Assembly (NCBI GenBank): GCA_016840855.1
Contig: JAEORO010000069.1
Location: forward strand, 32,001-96,000
Origin: Candidatus Thorarchaeota archaeon
GTDB taxonomy: Archaea > Asgardarchaeota > Thorarchaeia > Thorarchaeales > Thorarchaeaceae
DNA: 64,000 nt
Direction: 5' to 3'
Under the pieces are notes generated by a model. That model ran no database searches. It was given only the letters and a program-made list of their open reading frames with translations, and was not told where the DNA came from. Positions 10,442 to 19,772 of the stretch are shown here, one piece after another (position 1 is the stretch's first letter; each line of letters starts with the position of its first letter). The position numbers were made by a program, and so were the translations under genes.

Positions 10442-11863
10442 TTGGATAAGACGATAGTGGAAGAACTATCAAAGATTGTTGGTGAAGAATATATCTCTAC
10501 GAGAAGAGATGTACTTCTTGCTTATTCCACTTCTGCGTCAATGAGTTATGATACTGTAATGCCAAGTGCAGTAGTCAGACCAGGAACGACAGAAGAAGTA
10601 TCAAGAGTTCTAAAAGTAGCAAACAAATACAAGATTCCCGTGACACCAAGATCTGGTGGTTCAAGTCTCCAAGGTGAAGTCATTCCAGAAGCAGATAGTC
10701 TAGTAGTCGAACTTTTGAGACTTGATGATATTGTCTTGTATAAGGATCTACGGTCAGTTACAGTTGGAGCAGGTGTTACTTTTGGTGCCTTAGATAAGTA
10801 TCTGAATGAACATGACCTCTGGGTTCCGTTCTATCCAGGATCTTCTTTGGTTGCAACATATGCAGGAAATGTTGCTGTAAATGGAGCAGGGTTTGGGTCA
10901 GGAGTCTTTGGATGTATAGCAGAACTCGTGATGGGGCTTGAAGTTGTTCTACCAGATGGAACTATTATCCAAACAGGTTCTGAAGCGAATCCTAACTCAC
11001 CAGGACCCTTCCTGCGGTATGCCTTTGGTCCAGACCTCACGGGTCTTTTCATAGGGTCTCTTGGTAGCTTTGGAATCATCACAAAGGTCTCTCTGAAGAC
11101 TCATAAAAGAATGAGATTCTTTGATTATAACACATATGGGTTCGACGAAGTTGAGAATGCAGAGAGATTCTTGTTAGAGTTGAAAGAGAACGAGATCAAT
11201 GCTATTTGGATGGCTCTTTATGAGGGTAGTATTCTTGATTTCTTTCTTGATATGGTAGGTGAAGAGTATGGTGTTCCAGAATATGATTGGCCAAAGTTCA
11301 CTGTGTCTGTGGCTATAGGACGAGTAAGGATAGATCAACTCAAGAGTGATATGAGAGCTGCAAAATCCGTTTGCGAACAATTAGGTGGACATGTCATCGG
11401 AATCAAGGAACTACCTAAGAACGAGTGGGAGGACCGCATGAGAGAGCTTGCAAGGTCTTCATATGTTCATGGTTGGCACTGGCGAATCCTTTACCATCAC
11501 CAAACGCCTATCAATTGGCACAAATCAGTAGAATCTTTGTGGTCAGTTATGGATGAGTATGGTGTCCTTGGACACACAGCAGGGTTCCAATCAGGGCATG
11601 CTAGCTACAACTTATATCCGCAGCTATATTTCGACCCGCAGGATAAGGAGGAGGAAATGAAAGTCAAAGAGGCTCACAGAGACCTCTGTCACCGACTTTT
11701 CAAAACAGGAGCAGTACCTTTCAAGCTGGCAAGATACTGGGTAGATGGAATTTCTGAGATGGACAGTTATCTCCAATTTTTAAACGAAATGAAGAGGAAT
11801 GTTGATTCAAATGAGATTCTGAATCCAGGAATTCTGCCAAAACCGAAGGGAGGGGAAAACTAG
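10442..11863 (+). CDS. FAD-binding oxidoreductase (GlcD / alkyl-DHAP synthase-like), paralog 1
   Basis: VVRPGTTEEV..V...IPVTPRSGGSS, GLEVVLPDG, GPDLTGLFIGSLGSFGIITK and ILNPG motifs. Confidence 0.88.
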   Translation: MDKTIVEELSKIVGEEYISTRRDVLLAYSTSASMSYDTVMPSAVVRPGTTEEVSRVLKVANKYKIPVTPRSGGSSLQGEVIPEADSLVVELLRLDDIVLYKDLRSVTVGAGVTFGALDKYLNEHDLWVPFYPGSSLVATYAGNVAVNGAGFGSGVFGCIAELVMGLEVVLPDGTIIQTGSEANPNSPGPFLRYAFGPDLTGLFIGSLGSFGIITKVSLKTHKRMRFFDYNTYGFDEVENAERFLLELKENEINAIWMALYEGSILDFFLDMVGEEYGVPEYDWPKFTVSVAIGRVRIDQLKSDMRAAKSVCEQLGGHVIGIKELPKNEWEDRMRELARSSYVHGWHWRILYHHQTPINWHKSVESLWSVMDEYGVLGHTAGFQSGHASYNLYPQLYFDPQDKEEEMKVKEAHRDLCHRLFKTGAVPFKLARYWVDGISEMDSYLQFLNEMKRNVDSNEILNPGILPKPKGGEN

Positions 11864-13270
11864 ATGGATGCGAAAATAGTTGCTGGTTTCGAGGAGATTG
11901 TAGGTAAAGAATTCGTGTCCACAAAAGCAGATGTGCTACTCACTTATTCTCAAACAGCATCTATGGCTGCAGATCCAGTTATTCCTGAATTGGTTATTCG
12001 TCCAGCGAATACAGAGCAGGTTTCCAAAATACTGATGCTAGCGAACGAGCACAAGATACCAGTAGTTCCAAGATCGGGTGGTTCAAGTCTGCAACAGGAA
12101 GCTATACCAAAACCAGGTTCAATTGTCATAGAACTCCTGCGGTTAACAGAAATTAAACTCTACAAAGACCTCCGATCAGTAGCCGTAGGTGCTGGAATTA
12201 CCTATGGTGAATTGGATAAATTCCTTAGCAAGCATGATCTTTTTTTGCCTGTGTGCCCGGAATCTGCGCTTGTCTGTACAGTCGCAGGGAATATTGCAGT
12301 AAATGGCGCAGGACCTGGCTCAAGCCTGTATGGATGTACTGGGGAGATGGTTCTTGGACTTGAAGTTGTTTTGCCTAACGGTTCGATTATCCAAACAGGC
12401 TCTGAAGCCAATCCTTATGCTCCAGGACCATTTATTAGATATGCATTTGGCTCAGACATCACAGGTCTCTTCATTGGCTCACTTGGCAGTTTTGGTATTA
12501 TCACAAGAGCATCTATGAAGATATTCAGACGACCAAAATATCTAGATTATAATTTGTACGGATTTGATACTGCAGAGCAAGCAGAACAATTTCTGGACGA
12601 GATAAAACAGAATGATATTAGCGGCCTTTTTACCTCAATATATTCTGGTGAGGTTCTTAGTTTATTTTGGGACTTATTGGCAGAGGAGTTTGGTTACCCA
12701 ACCATTGAATTTCAGAATCGGTCAGTATCGATGACAATTGGCAGAAATCGTGAAGACTTAGTGAAGAGTGATGCTAAACTTGCGTCTGAAATCTGCAAGA
12801 GTCTTGGAGGAAGGGTTTTGGATGCGAAGGAACTTATTCATTTTGAATGGGAAGGTCGTCTATGGAATTTTGTGAGAGCTTGCTATGCTCACGGATGGCA
12901 CTGGCGAACAATATACCACCATCAAGCTCCTAGAAATTCCCACAAATCAGTTGATCTAATCATGGAAGCGATGGACCGGTATGGGTTCATGGGACACACT
13001 GCTGGTTTTCAAACTGGACATTCTTCTATGAACATGTATCCTCACATGTACTTTGATCCACAAGATAAAGAGGAAGAGATGAAAGTGCGTAATGCTCACA
13101 AAGAACTTGCCAAATCCCTCTTCAAATCTGGTGCAGTGCCCTTCAAACTTGCTGAGTATTGGAAAGATGCGATTGAAGACATGGATGATTATATGACATT
13201 TCTCAAGTTAATCAAGCATACAATTGACCCGAATAACATAATGAATCCTAGAGTACTTGGAGGAATCTAG
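11864..13270 (+). CDS. FAD-binding oxidoreductase (GlcD / alkyl-DHAP synthase-like), paralog 2
   Basis: Same motifs as the upstream paralog, with shared blocks HGWHWR..YHHQ, GHTAGFQ and YFDPQDKEEEMKV. Confidence 0.88.
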   Translation: MDAKIVAGFEEIVGKEFVSTKADVLLTYSQTASMAADPVIPELVIRPANTEQVSKILMLANEHKIPVVPRSGGSSLQQEAIPKPGSIVIELLRLTEIKLYKDLRSVAVGAGITYGELDKFLSKHDLFLPVCPESALVCTVAGNIAVNGAGPGSSLYGCTGEMVLGLEVVLPNGSIIQTGSEANPYAPGPFIRYAFGSDITGLFIGSLGSFGIITRASMKIFRRPKYLDYNLYGFDTAEQAEQFLDEIKQNDISGLFTSIYSGEVLSLFWDLLAEEFGYPTIEFQNRSVSMTIGRNREDLVKSDAKLASEICKSLGGRVLDAKELIHFEWEGRLWNFVRACYAHGWHWRTIYHHQAPRNSHKSVDLIMEAMDRYGFMGHTAGFQTGHSSMNMYPHMYFDPQDKEEEMKVRNAHKELAKSLFKSGAVPFKLAEYWKDAIEDMDDYMTFLKLIKHTIDPNNIMNPRVLGGI

Positions 13271-13272
13271 TA

Positions 13273-14433
13273 ATGACAGAGATTGACCTCGATGACCTCA
13301 TTGAGAACCTGATGCAATGCCGAAGATGCGGGATTTGCAGAAATGCTGTGTATGAAGACAGAGGATTTGATGGAGTCTGTCCAGTCTGGAAAAACTCGTA
13401 TGGATTTGAAACTAGTTTCATGCGTGGTAGAATTCAAGTTGCATTAGCTCTCCTTGAGGGCACTCTAGAGAGAACAGCAGAGAATGCTGAAGCACTATTT
13501 ACTTGCACACTATGTGGGAACTGCACTGAAATCTGTGCCGCTGAATTTGATCCAACAGATTGTCTCGAAAAAGTCAGAGAAGTTCTTAATGAAATTCCAA
13601 ATGATGTTCGGGATGAGCTCACGAAGAGGATAATGGAATATAACAATCCCTATACAGAGAGTGGTTTAACCAAGCGTGACTGGACTGCAGAAGTTGGTTT
13701 TGAAATCCCACTCAAAGGCGAAATTCTCTATTATACTGGATGTACTGCAGCAACAAAACTACCAAACATTGCTAAATCAACGGTGAAAATCCTTAAAGCT
13801 GCTGGAGTCGATTTTGGAGTCCTCGCAGACGAGCCATGTTGTGGTAGTGTTATGTTGAGGACTGGGAGAAGAACAGATGCGACTTTAAATGCTGAAAAGT
13901 TTGCTGAGAGAATGAGGGATGAAGGAATCAAAAAAATCGTTGTAACCTGTGCTGGATGTCTTAATACACTGCGAGAAGATTATCCAAAGCTCAAAGTGAA
14001 TATTCCTGAAGCGAAGCATGTGGTTGAAGTCCTTCCCAGAATAATCCGAGAGAAGAAACTCAAATTGAAACCTCTTGGCAGAGATATTAAAGTTACATAT
14101 CACGATCCATGTCATCTCTCCAGAGCTTTAGGGCTATATGAAGAACCAAGAGATTTAATCAAAATGATTCCAGGTCTACAGCTTGTGGAAATGGAAACCA
14201 CAAGAGAAACTGCTATGTGCTGTGGAGCAGGTGGTGGACTTCGTTCTTTTGATTCAGAACTTTCAAAGAGAATAGCAGCTGATAGGGTGAAAAGTGCTCA
14301 TACAGTAGAAGCAGAAATGATTGTGACTTCTTGTCCGTTCTGTGAGCATAATCTCAAAGAAGGAGCTAGAAAAATAAACAGCTCTGTGCGTGTAGTTGAT
14401 GTTGTGGATCTTCTAGCTGAAAGTCTAGATTGA
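13273..14433 (+). CDS. Fe-S oxidoreductase (GlcF/HdrD-like, two 4Fe-4S motifs plus CCG domains)
   Basis: CRRCGIC...CP, CTLCGNC...C, two CCG motifs, YHDPCHL and SCPFC. Confidence 0.9.
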   Translation: MTEIDLDDLIENLMQCRRCGICRNAVYEDRGFDGVCPVWKNSYGFETSFMRGRIQVALALLEGTLERTAENAEALFTCTLCGNCTEICAAEFDPTDCLEKVREVLNEIPNDVRDELTKRIMEYNNPYTESGLTKRDWTAEVGFEIPLKGEILYYTGCTAATKLPNIAKSTVKILKAAGVDFGVLADEPCCGSVMLRTGRRTDATLNAEKFAERMRDEGIKKIVVTCAGCLNTLREDYPKLKVNIPEAKHVVEVLPRIIREKKLKLKPLGRDIKVTYHDPCHLSRALGLYEEPRDLIKMIPGLQLVEMETTRETAMCCGAGGGLRSFDSELSKRIAADRVKSAHTVEAEMIVTSCPFCEHNLKEGARKINSSVRVVDVVDLLAESLD

Positions 14434-14496
14434 AAAGAAGTGGGGGAGAAACTACGAGTGTAGTCCTACCCCAACTAATATGATTTCAATTTAGGA

Positions 14497-15009
14497 TTAG
14501 TAGCCATCGCTTCTATCGCGATAGCCACCGCTACGACGACGATCCCGGCCCCCATAACCACGGTCTCGACCGTAGCCTCCGCCTCCGCCGCCTCTTCCAT
14601 ATCCACGACCGCCACCACCATATCTTGGGCGACGCTCATGTTCCTGCTCACTCATGTCAACCTCACTATTTACCTCTTCGATAGCTGTTTCAGCTTCCTT
14701 TAGAGTACCATAGCGGCCGATATTGAGTCTTAAATGACCTTGAAAGAGGGTTGTGTACCCGTTCTCGAGTCGATAGGTCTTCTCAACTTCAACCTCATCA
14801 ATTGAGGTGTCCCAAAGGGGTACTGTCACAAGACCAGTATTGTCACCTACAATTGTATCACACACACGGTGTTGTTCTCCGTCAGCTCTGGATGCTACCT
14901 CCCTGACTTCACCTTTTTCAATTACCTTGAATGAAATGTTCACACTCTTCATTCTTGGCTTTAGTTCTGAAATTTGAGCTTCGATTGGCTCTCTATCTTG
15001 ATATCCCAT
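14497..15009 (-). CDS. Single OB-fold ssDNA-binding protein with an RGG/YGG-rich tail
   Basis: ISELKP....V......V.......VGDNTG.V...LWD....LENGYT..FQG.LRLNIGRYG, followed by a Gly/Arg/Tyr-rich tail. Confidence 0.85.
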   Translation of the reverse strand: MGYQDREPIEAQISELKPRMKSVNISFKVIEKGEVREVASRADGEQHRVCDTIVGDNTGLVTVPLWDTSIDEVEVEKTYRLENGYTTLFQGHLRLNIGRYGTLKEAETAIEEVNSEVDMSEQEHERRPRYGGGGRGYGRGGGGGGYGRDRGYGGRDRRRSGGYRDRSDGY

Positions 15010-15160
15010 GGTCTATCACCTTGGATTTGCAGGCTTTCAAAAGTAGAATCTTCCTCAGGGATCGCAAAGCTGTGCCTGGAACTCTGGAGCATGTGATTCA
15101 ATAATTTGAGGGCACTGCTGAGTTATGAAATAAATGAATCCCCTATAAGAATTCCCCATA

Positions 15161-15435
15161 TAACATAAAAAGAGGTGGACGAAGGCGACACCGATGTGCC
15201 CGATTTTTTTGGGCTCGAGGTCCACCCTCTTTTAGTTATTTTGAACATGAGTGGCGCTCCAGTACACACATTGCCAAGACACTTCTCTGAACCCTCGGGG
15301 GTGAGAGCACGAATTTCCCTGCAGATGGACATTCGTATACGCCAGTGCAATGCGGTCGCATCGTTCCCACGACTCTTCGACGATGCGTGGAGCAATGGGG
15401 CGTCTGCCATTCGTCCGAAATAATGTATGCAACAT
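15161..15435 (-). other. GC-rich structured element: putative ncRNA or 67-aa small ORF (15232-15435), followed by a stem and U-tract
   Basis: Several nested inverted repeats (see findings); not recognisable as RNase P, SRP RNA or tRNA. Confidence 0.35.
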
Positions 15436-15475
15436 ACCAACATAAGTCCTTCCCCAACAGATAAAATGCGAAAAC

Positions 15476-15495
15476 TATTCTATATCCATAGAATA
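15476..15495. promoter_or_regulatory. Palindromic operator-like site TATTCTAT-ATCC-ATAGAATA
   Basis: Perfect 8-bp inverted repeat in the divergent intergenic region upstream of ino1. Confidence 0.35.
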
Positions 15496-15536
15496 ACTTA
15501 TAAGAAATCCAGAGGTTTTGACGATTAGAGCCAGAG

Positions 15537-16613
15537 GTGGCATATTTGAACGGAATAAAGGTCGCAATTGTTGGAGTTGGCAACTGCGCAAGTGCACTTG
15601 TGCAAGGTGTTGAATTCTACAAGGATGCAAAAGCAGATGGTGATGTCATAGGCTTAACACATCCAGACTTTGCTGGTTATCATGTAAAGGACATTCGTTT
15701 TGTAGCAGCATTTGATGTAGCAGACACAAAAGTAGGCTTTGACCTAGCAGAAGCTATTTTCGCCAAACCAAACAATGTGATGCGTTTTGCAGAAGTGCCA
15801 ACAACCGGAGTCAAGGTCAGGAAAGGACAAGCGCTTGATGGAGTAGACGATATGCTCAAAGCATTAGTGAAAATCTCATCAGAAAAGGATACAGATGTTG
15901 TGAAAGTCCTCAAAGACTCTGGTGCAGAGATACTCATCAATCTAATTCCAGGTTCAGCTGAAGAAGCAACTAAGTTCTATGCGAAAGCAGCTCTTGATGC
16001 AGGATGTGCATACATAAATGGCACACCAATACCGATTGCTTCTGATTTGGAATGGAGTAAGAAATTCGAAGAGAAAGGACTTCCTCTTGTGGGAGATGAT
16101 ATTCAGGATCAATTGGGTTCAACAGTCTTTCATCGTAACATTTTACAGCTTCTTGTATCAAGAGGTGTCAGGGTGGATAAAAGCTATCAATTGGATGTAG
16201 GCGGTGGTGCAGAGTCACTCGATTCGCATTATAGGGGTCGAATGAGAAAACGAGGAGTGAAGAGTGAAGCCATCAGTCAGGATTTACCATATGATGCACC
16301 TCTAGTTGCTGGCTCAAGCGATTACGTTGATTTCATGGCTAACGCTAGAGACTCCTACTTTTACATCAATGGCCGACAATTTGGTGGAGCACCTATCAAA
16401 ATAGACATCCGAATGGAAGTTACTGATGGGCCAAATGCAGGTCCTATTTTAATGGATGCAATAAGAGGAACTAAGCTTGCTTTAAAGAGAGGTCTTGGCG
16501 GGTCTCTAGAATCAATCTCAGCTTATGGGTTTAAGATGCCTCCTGCTCCTACAACAATGTATCGAGCTGAAAGATGGGTTGAGGAGTTTCTATTAGGAAA
16601 AAGAAAGCTCTAG
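15537..16613 (+). CDS. ino1: myo-inositol-1-phosphate synthase
   Basis: IKVAIVGVGNCASALVQG, FVAAFDV...KVG.DL.EAI, GDDI..QLGST..H. Confidence 0.88.
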   Translation: MAYLNGIKVAIVGVGNCASALVQGVEFYKDAKADGDVIGLTHPDFAGYHVKDIRFVAAFDVADTKVGFDLAEAIFAKPNNVMRFAEVPTTGVKVRKGQALDGVDDMLKALVKISSEKDTDVVKVLKDSGAEILINLIPGSAEEATKFYAKAALDAGCAYINGTPIPIASDLEWSKKFEEKGLPLVGDDIQDQLGSTVFHRNILQLLVSRGVRVDKSYQLDVGGGAESLDSHYRGRMRKRGVKSEAISQDLPYDAPLVAGSSDYVDFMANARDSYFYINGRQFGGAPIKIDIRMEVTDGPNAGPILMDAIRGTKLALKRGLGGSLESISAYGFKMPPAPTTMYRAERWVEEFLLGKRKL

Positions 16614-16617
16614 GAAA

Positions 16618-17022
16618 TTATCTGTGTTGCTTAAGATACTCATCAAGCATTGATTTTAATGGATCAAGTTTACTAATGACAAGAAATTCGGTGTCTTCTC
16701 CTATCTCACTCAAAGTTTCATTGAAGGATATTACACTGTGAAAATCTTGGATAAGATTCTCTTTTGCAGCTTTGGTTCGAGCCGATGGGTCATAGACAAC
16801 AATTTTATTTTCTGGCTCAAAATTCACAACTACACTCCTACTGAGGTACATGACCTTCTTACACTTCGGGCATTGGACTCGATTTGCTTTGCCAGCTTTT
16901 AGGGCTTTGATCATATCGCGGTCTTCTGAAAGATCAATATGATCTACTACATTTGCTTCATAGACATTCTTGCATTTAGCGCATTTTATTTCTGCTAAAC
17001 TTGTACTGGCCAAAATTCTCAC
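16618..17022 (-). CDS. CpXC-like zinc-binding protein
   Basis: Two CxxC pairs (CAKC, CPKC) and the G..N...CP.C pattern. Confidence 0.65.
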   Translation of the reverse strand: MRILASTSLAEIKCAKCKNVYEANVVDHIDLSEDRDMIKALKAGKANRVQCPKCKKVMYLSRSVVVNFEPENKIVVYDPSARTKAAKENLIQDFHSVISFNETLSEIGEDTEFLVISKLDPLKSMLDEYLKQHR

Positions 17023-17074
17023 CTAGACTATTTTGAATTCCTTGATAGTACACTTAAGAATTATGCACCGAACA

Positions 17075-17761
17075 TTAACTCTCAGGAGTCTTAGAATTAC
17101 CATCTTTTTCTTCTTGTATGTAATCTTCGTTTCGAGTTAATTCATCTTCAAGAATATCTTGAAGTATATCAGATTCTTGACCTTCGGTTTTCCTCTTAAA
17201 AAGAATTCCAGTTATGATTGCAGTTAATGCAATTGATGCAACAACAATGGGCATGGATTCAAAGAATCCACCACCCAAGGCAAGTCCACTTAAAGCTATT
17301 ACTGCCCCTGCAATTGTAACAGCAACTTTTCCCGTAAAGTAACTGATTATAAATTTGACAGTATTATATTTAGCAAGTCCGACATAAACAATCAATGGAT
17401 CGTCAGGTACTGGAGAAGCCGCTGCAATAAAGAGTGCAAGAGCACCCCATTTCTCAACACGCTGTTTCTCTGTGTCAAGAGATGCTAAACGTGCCTCAGA
17501 TAGAACTGCTCTTGACCCTCTTACGACATAAAAATGGATCAGTTTTGCCAGAGTAGCAGTAATAGCTACAATTACGCCTATGAGAATTGCGTCAATTAAT
17601 CCTACGGGCATTAGAATTGAAAAAACGAGGACAGCAGCACCAGCAAGAACCATGTTGCTAGGACTAAGGAAGGGAATCATGTTTATTGCAAAACAAATAA
17701 TGAAGAGACCTACATATCCCTGACTAATCATGTCCAGAATGAATTGAACAATGTTCTGCAT
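17075..17761 (-). CDS. DedA/VTT family membrane protein
   Basis: Multiple TM segments; N.IPF and FIAAASPVPDD...V.VG motifs. Confidence 0.75.
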   Translation of the reverse strand: MQNIVQFILDMISQGYVGLFIICFAINMIPFLSPSNMVLAGAAVLVFSILMPVGLIDAILIGVIVAITATLAKLIHFYVVRGSRAVLSEARLASLDTEKQRVEKWGALALFIAAASPVPDDPLIVYVGLAKYNTVKFIISYFTGKVAVTIAGAVIALSGLALGGGFFESMPIVVASIALTAIITGILFKRKTEGQESDILQDILEDELTRNEDYIQEEKDGNSKTPES

Positions 17762-17805
17762 GTTTTATGCACCAATGTGGTAGCATGAGGCTAGGAATCA
17801 TAGAA

Positions 17806-18228
17806 TCAAACTGATACGTGTTCGATTACGACTCTTTGAACTCCATCAAGAACCTTGAGAGAACTCTCTAATTCATTTATGTCTGAGCTAAGTTGTCCAG
17901 GGTTAAAGTAACACTCGTAGAAACATCTTGTTCCTCGGAGACACACTCCCGTTGAGAATAAGAGATCAACGAGACCTGCTCTTTTGAATATTTGAGAGAG
18001 TTTGGTCAAGAAGTCATTTGTGAGCTTTCCAATCTCAAGACTCAGAAATAATACTTCGTCACTCTCTAAAGGAAATATCTTAATGAGTCGGTCCTTGTGC
18101 ACTAGCACCATCAGACCTTGACCAGTTCCCATGGCGTTTTTAAAAGCCTTAGGAAATTTTACGGTTTCACTTTCATCAAAAACTAGTACTTTTCCGGCGG
18201 TTGCACCTTCATAGGTTTCGTCTGACAT
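17806..18228 (-). CDS. Hypothetical protein, possibly AbrB-like N-terminus plus ACT-like domain
   Basis: Start placed at MSDETYEG after GGAG; C-terminal LKVLDGVQRV is ACT-like. Confidence 0.5.
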   Translation of the reverse strand: MSDETYEGATAGKVLVFDESETVKFPKAFKNAMGTGQGLMVLVHKDRLIKIFPLESDEVLFLSLEIGKLTNDFLTKLSQIFKRAGLVDLLFSTGVCLRGTRCFYECYFNPGQLSSDINELESSLKVLDGVQRVVIEHVSV

Positions 18229-18395
18229 CAGCATTTGTCTCCGTAGCGAAATCCTGCTGATGTAAGTCCTCAAACTCGTTAATAAGTAAATCTCTACTGT
18301 TTGGTCTGATGTGTGGTCCTTTTGTATTGTAATCAAAAACAATACTTTGACCTATGATGAGGCTGTCAGAAATAGAAAAAGGCCCTTATTATGAT

Positions 18396-18626
18396 ATGAG
18401 AGAAGTATCAGAATTGAGAATACAGTATCAATGCGAATATCGCCTGCTTCTGAAACAACAGTTTGGAGAATCTCATTCATCTAAGAGCATTACTGGAACA
18501 AAATTACATCAGCGTGTTGCACTTGTAGATAATAATCAAAATTTCAAAAGAAATGAAATTCAACTTCTGCCTCTATTGGTAATCATACTTACTTTGATTA
18601 TTGGCATCTTCTGGATCTTCGGGTGA
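18396..18626 (+). CDS. Cas4-like nuclease N-terminal fragment with a C-terminal TM helix
   Basis: EVSEL..QYQCEYR.LL......TG.KLH resembles the Cas4/PD-(D/E)XK N-terminal Cys and GxxxH motifs; ends in hydrophobic LLPLLVIILTLIIGIFWIFG. Confidence 0.6.
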   Translation: MREVSELRIQYQCEYRLLLKQQFGESHSSKSITGTKLHQRVALVDNNQNFKRNEIQLLPLLVIILTLIIGIFWIFG

Positions 18627-18630
18627 TTTC

Positions 18631-19287
18631 ATGAGTGATCTGATCAGCCTTCTTATGCTCATGTTATTTCTCTTTGGAATTCTTCTTCTTGTGAGAGATC
18701 TAAGAACTGGTTTCATCACAATTGGAATGAAGATAAAATACGCAAGTCCAGCGCAATTTAGCCTGTCAGAATTTCTCAAAATGGATTCAAGCCAAGAGAG
18801 GCTCATTAAGTATTATTACTTCTCAGAGGAAAATGTGAAGTCATTGGGTCACCGCTATACTGGAAGATTTGATGGAGGAATTCTCCATTGGGAAGAGACT
18901 GCAATATTGGATCTTGTAATAGAGTACAAATTTCCTACATTGTATCTCCCAAAACAGGCAAGGTTAGAGGATGTCTTTCAACTGGAACTCTATGCCCTTG
19001 CACTCCATGAATGTGGTATTTCATGTTCTTCAACAATTCTTGTAACAATTTACTGTCTTCAAGAGAATGCAGAGAGATGCATGAGTAAGAAATCATTCAG
19101 AGACTGCTGGCGATGCAATGCTGGAAGAAAATTCACAACACGATTCAAGCCTAAGAGAGTGTTGAAAGAACTGAAGAGATTGGATGAAATTTGGTATCAT
19201 GGGAGAAGACCAAAGCCTACCAAAGACGCAAATCGCTGTAGGATTTGTCCATATAGCCGCGGTAAGTGCAATTTTTCATCTGTATGA
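18631..19287 (+). CDS. Cas4-like PD-(D/E)XK nuclease core with an N-terminal TM helix
   Basis: GRFD, IEYK, QLELYA and C-terminal CRICPY....C; GGTGA SD before ATG 18631; hydrophobic N-terminus. Confidence 0.7.
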   Translation: MSDLISLLMLMLFLFGILLLVRDLRTGFITIGMKIKYASPAQFSLSEFLKMDSSQERLIKYYYFSEENVKSLGHRYTGRFDGGILHWEETAILDLVIEYKFPTLYLPKQARLEDVFQLELYALALHECGISCSSTILVTIYCLQENAERCMSKKSFRDCWRCNAGRKFTTRFKPKRVLKELKRLDEIWYHGRRPKPTKDANRCRICPYSRGKCNFSSV

Positions 19288-19354
19288 ATCTTGATACTAG
19301 AGGGATACAGCAACACAGACCTTTTTTACCTCATAGACTTTACTGAAAATTGCC

Positions 19355-19771
19355 ATGGTTCATTCATTAACAAGACTTCTTACGCATGTGATGACTGCAA
19401 AGAGAGACCTCAAACGTGTTTACTATACCAGCCGTAACCAAGATGCAAAACTAGATTCAAAGGAACTTGTTGCAGCTACAATTACACTCCAGAAGCTACT
19501 TGAAGACCTCATAGCGAAACGTCGAACAATCAGGGTAGCCAAGAAGATATTGGAGGACAAGAAAGCGGAACTGAATCTTCGTCAGTGGGCAATTGGATTT
19601 CCGCGGCGTGTTAGAGATTTCCTCTCAAAATCAAAGAAGCTAGAACAGCAGCATCTTCGTAAATATCAGCAAGCACTCTTGGAATATATCAATAACATAA
19701 GCACAGAACTTACTAAATGGATAGAGGATATTGAAACTCTAAGAGGAATGCCTCATCCACCAAAGGGATAG
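19355..19771 (+). CDS. Basic helical / coiled-coil hypothetical protein
   Basis: 138-aa ORF, Lys/Arg/Leu-rich heptads. Confidence 0.6.
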   Translation: MVHSLTRLLTHVMTAKRDLKRVYYTSRNQDAKLDSKELVAATITLQKLLEDLIAKRRTIRVAKKILEDKKAELNLRQWAIGFPRRVRDFLSKSKKLEQQHLRKYQQALLEYINNISTELTKWIEDIETLRGMPHPPKG

Positions 19772-19772
19772 G

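Noticed and set aside
15161-15435. RNase P RNA, SRP RNA or SECIS assignment for the structured element
   Set aside because: No GAGGAAAGUCC/AACAGAA, no SRP helix-8 motif and no AUGA/GA quartet with an associated in-frame UGA gene.
18354-19287. CRISPR-Cas locus
   Set aside because: No repeat-spacer array, cas1/cas2 or other cas genes in the window.
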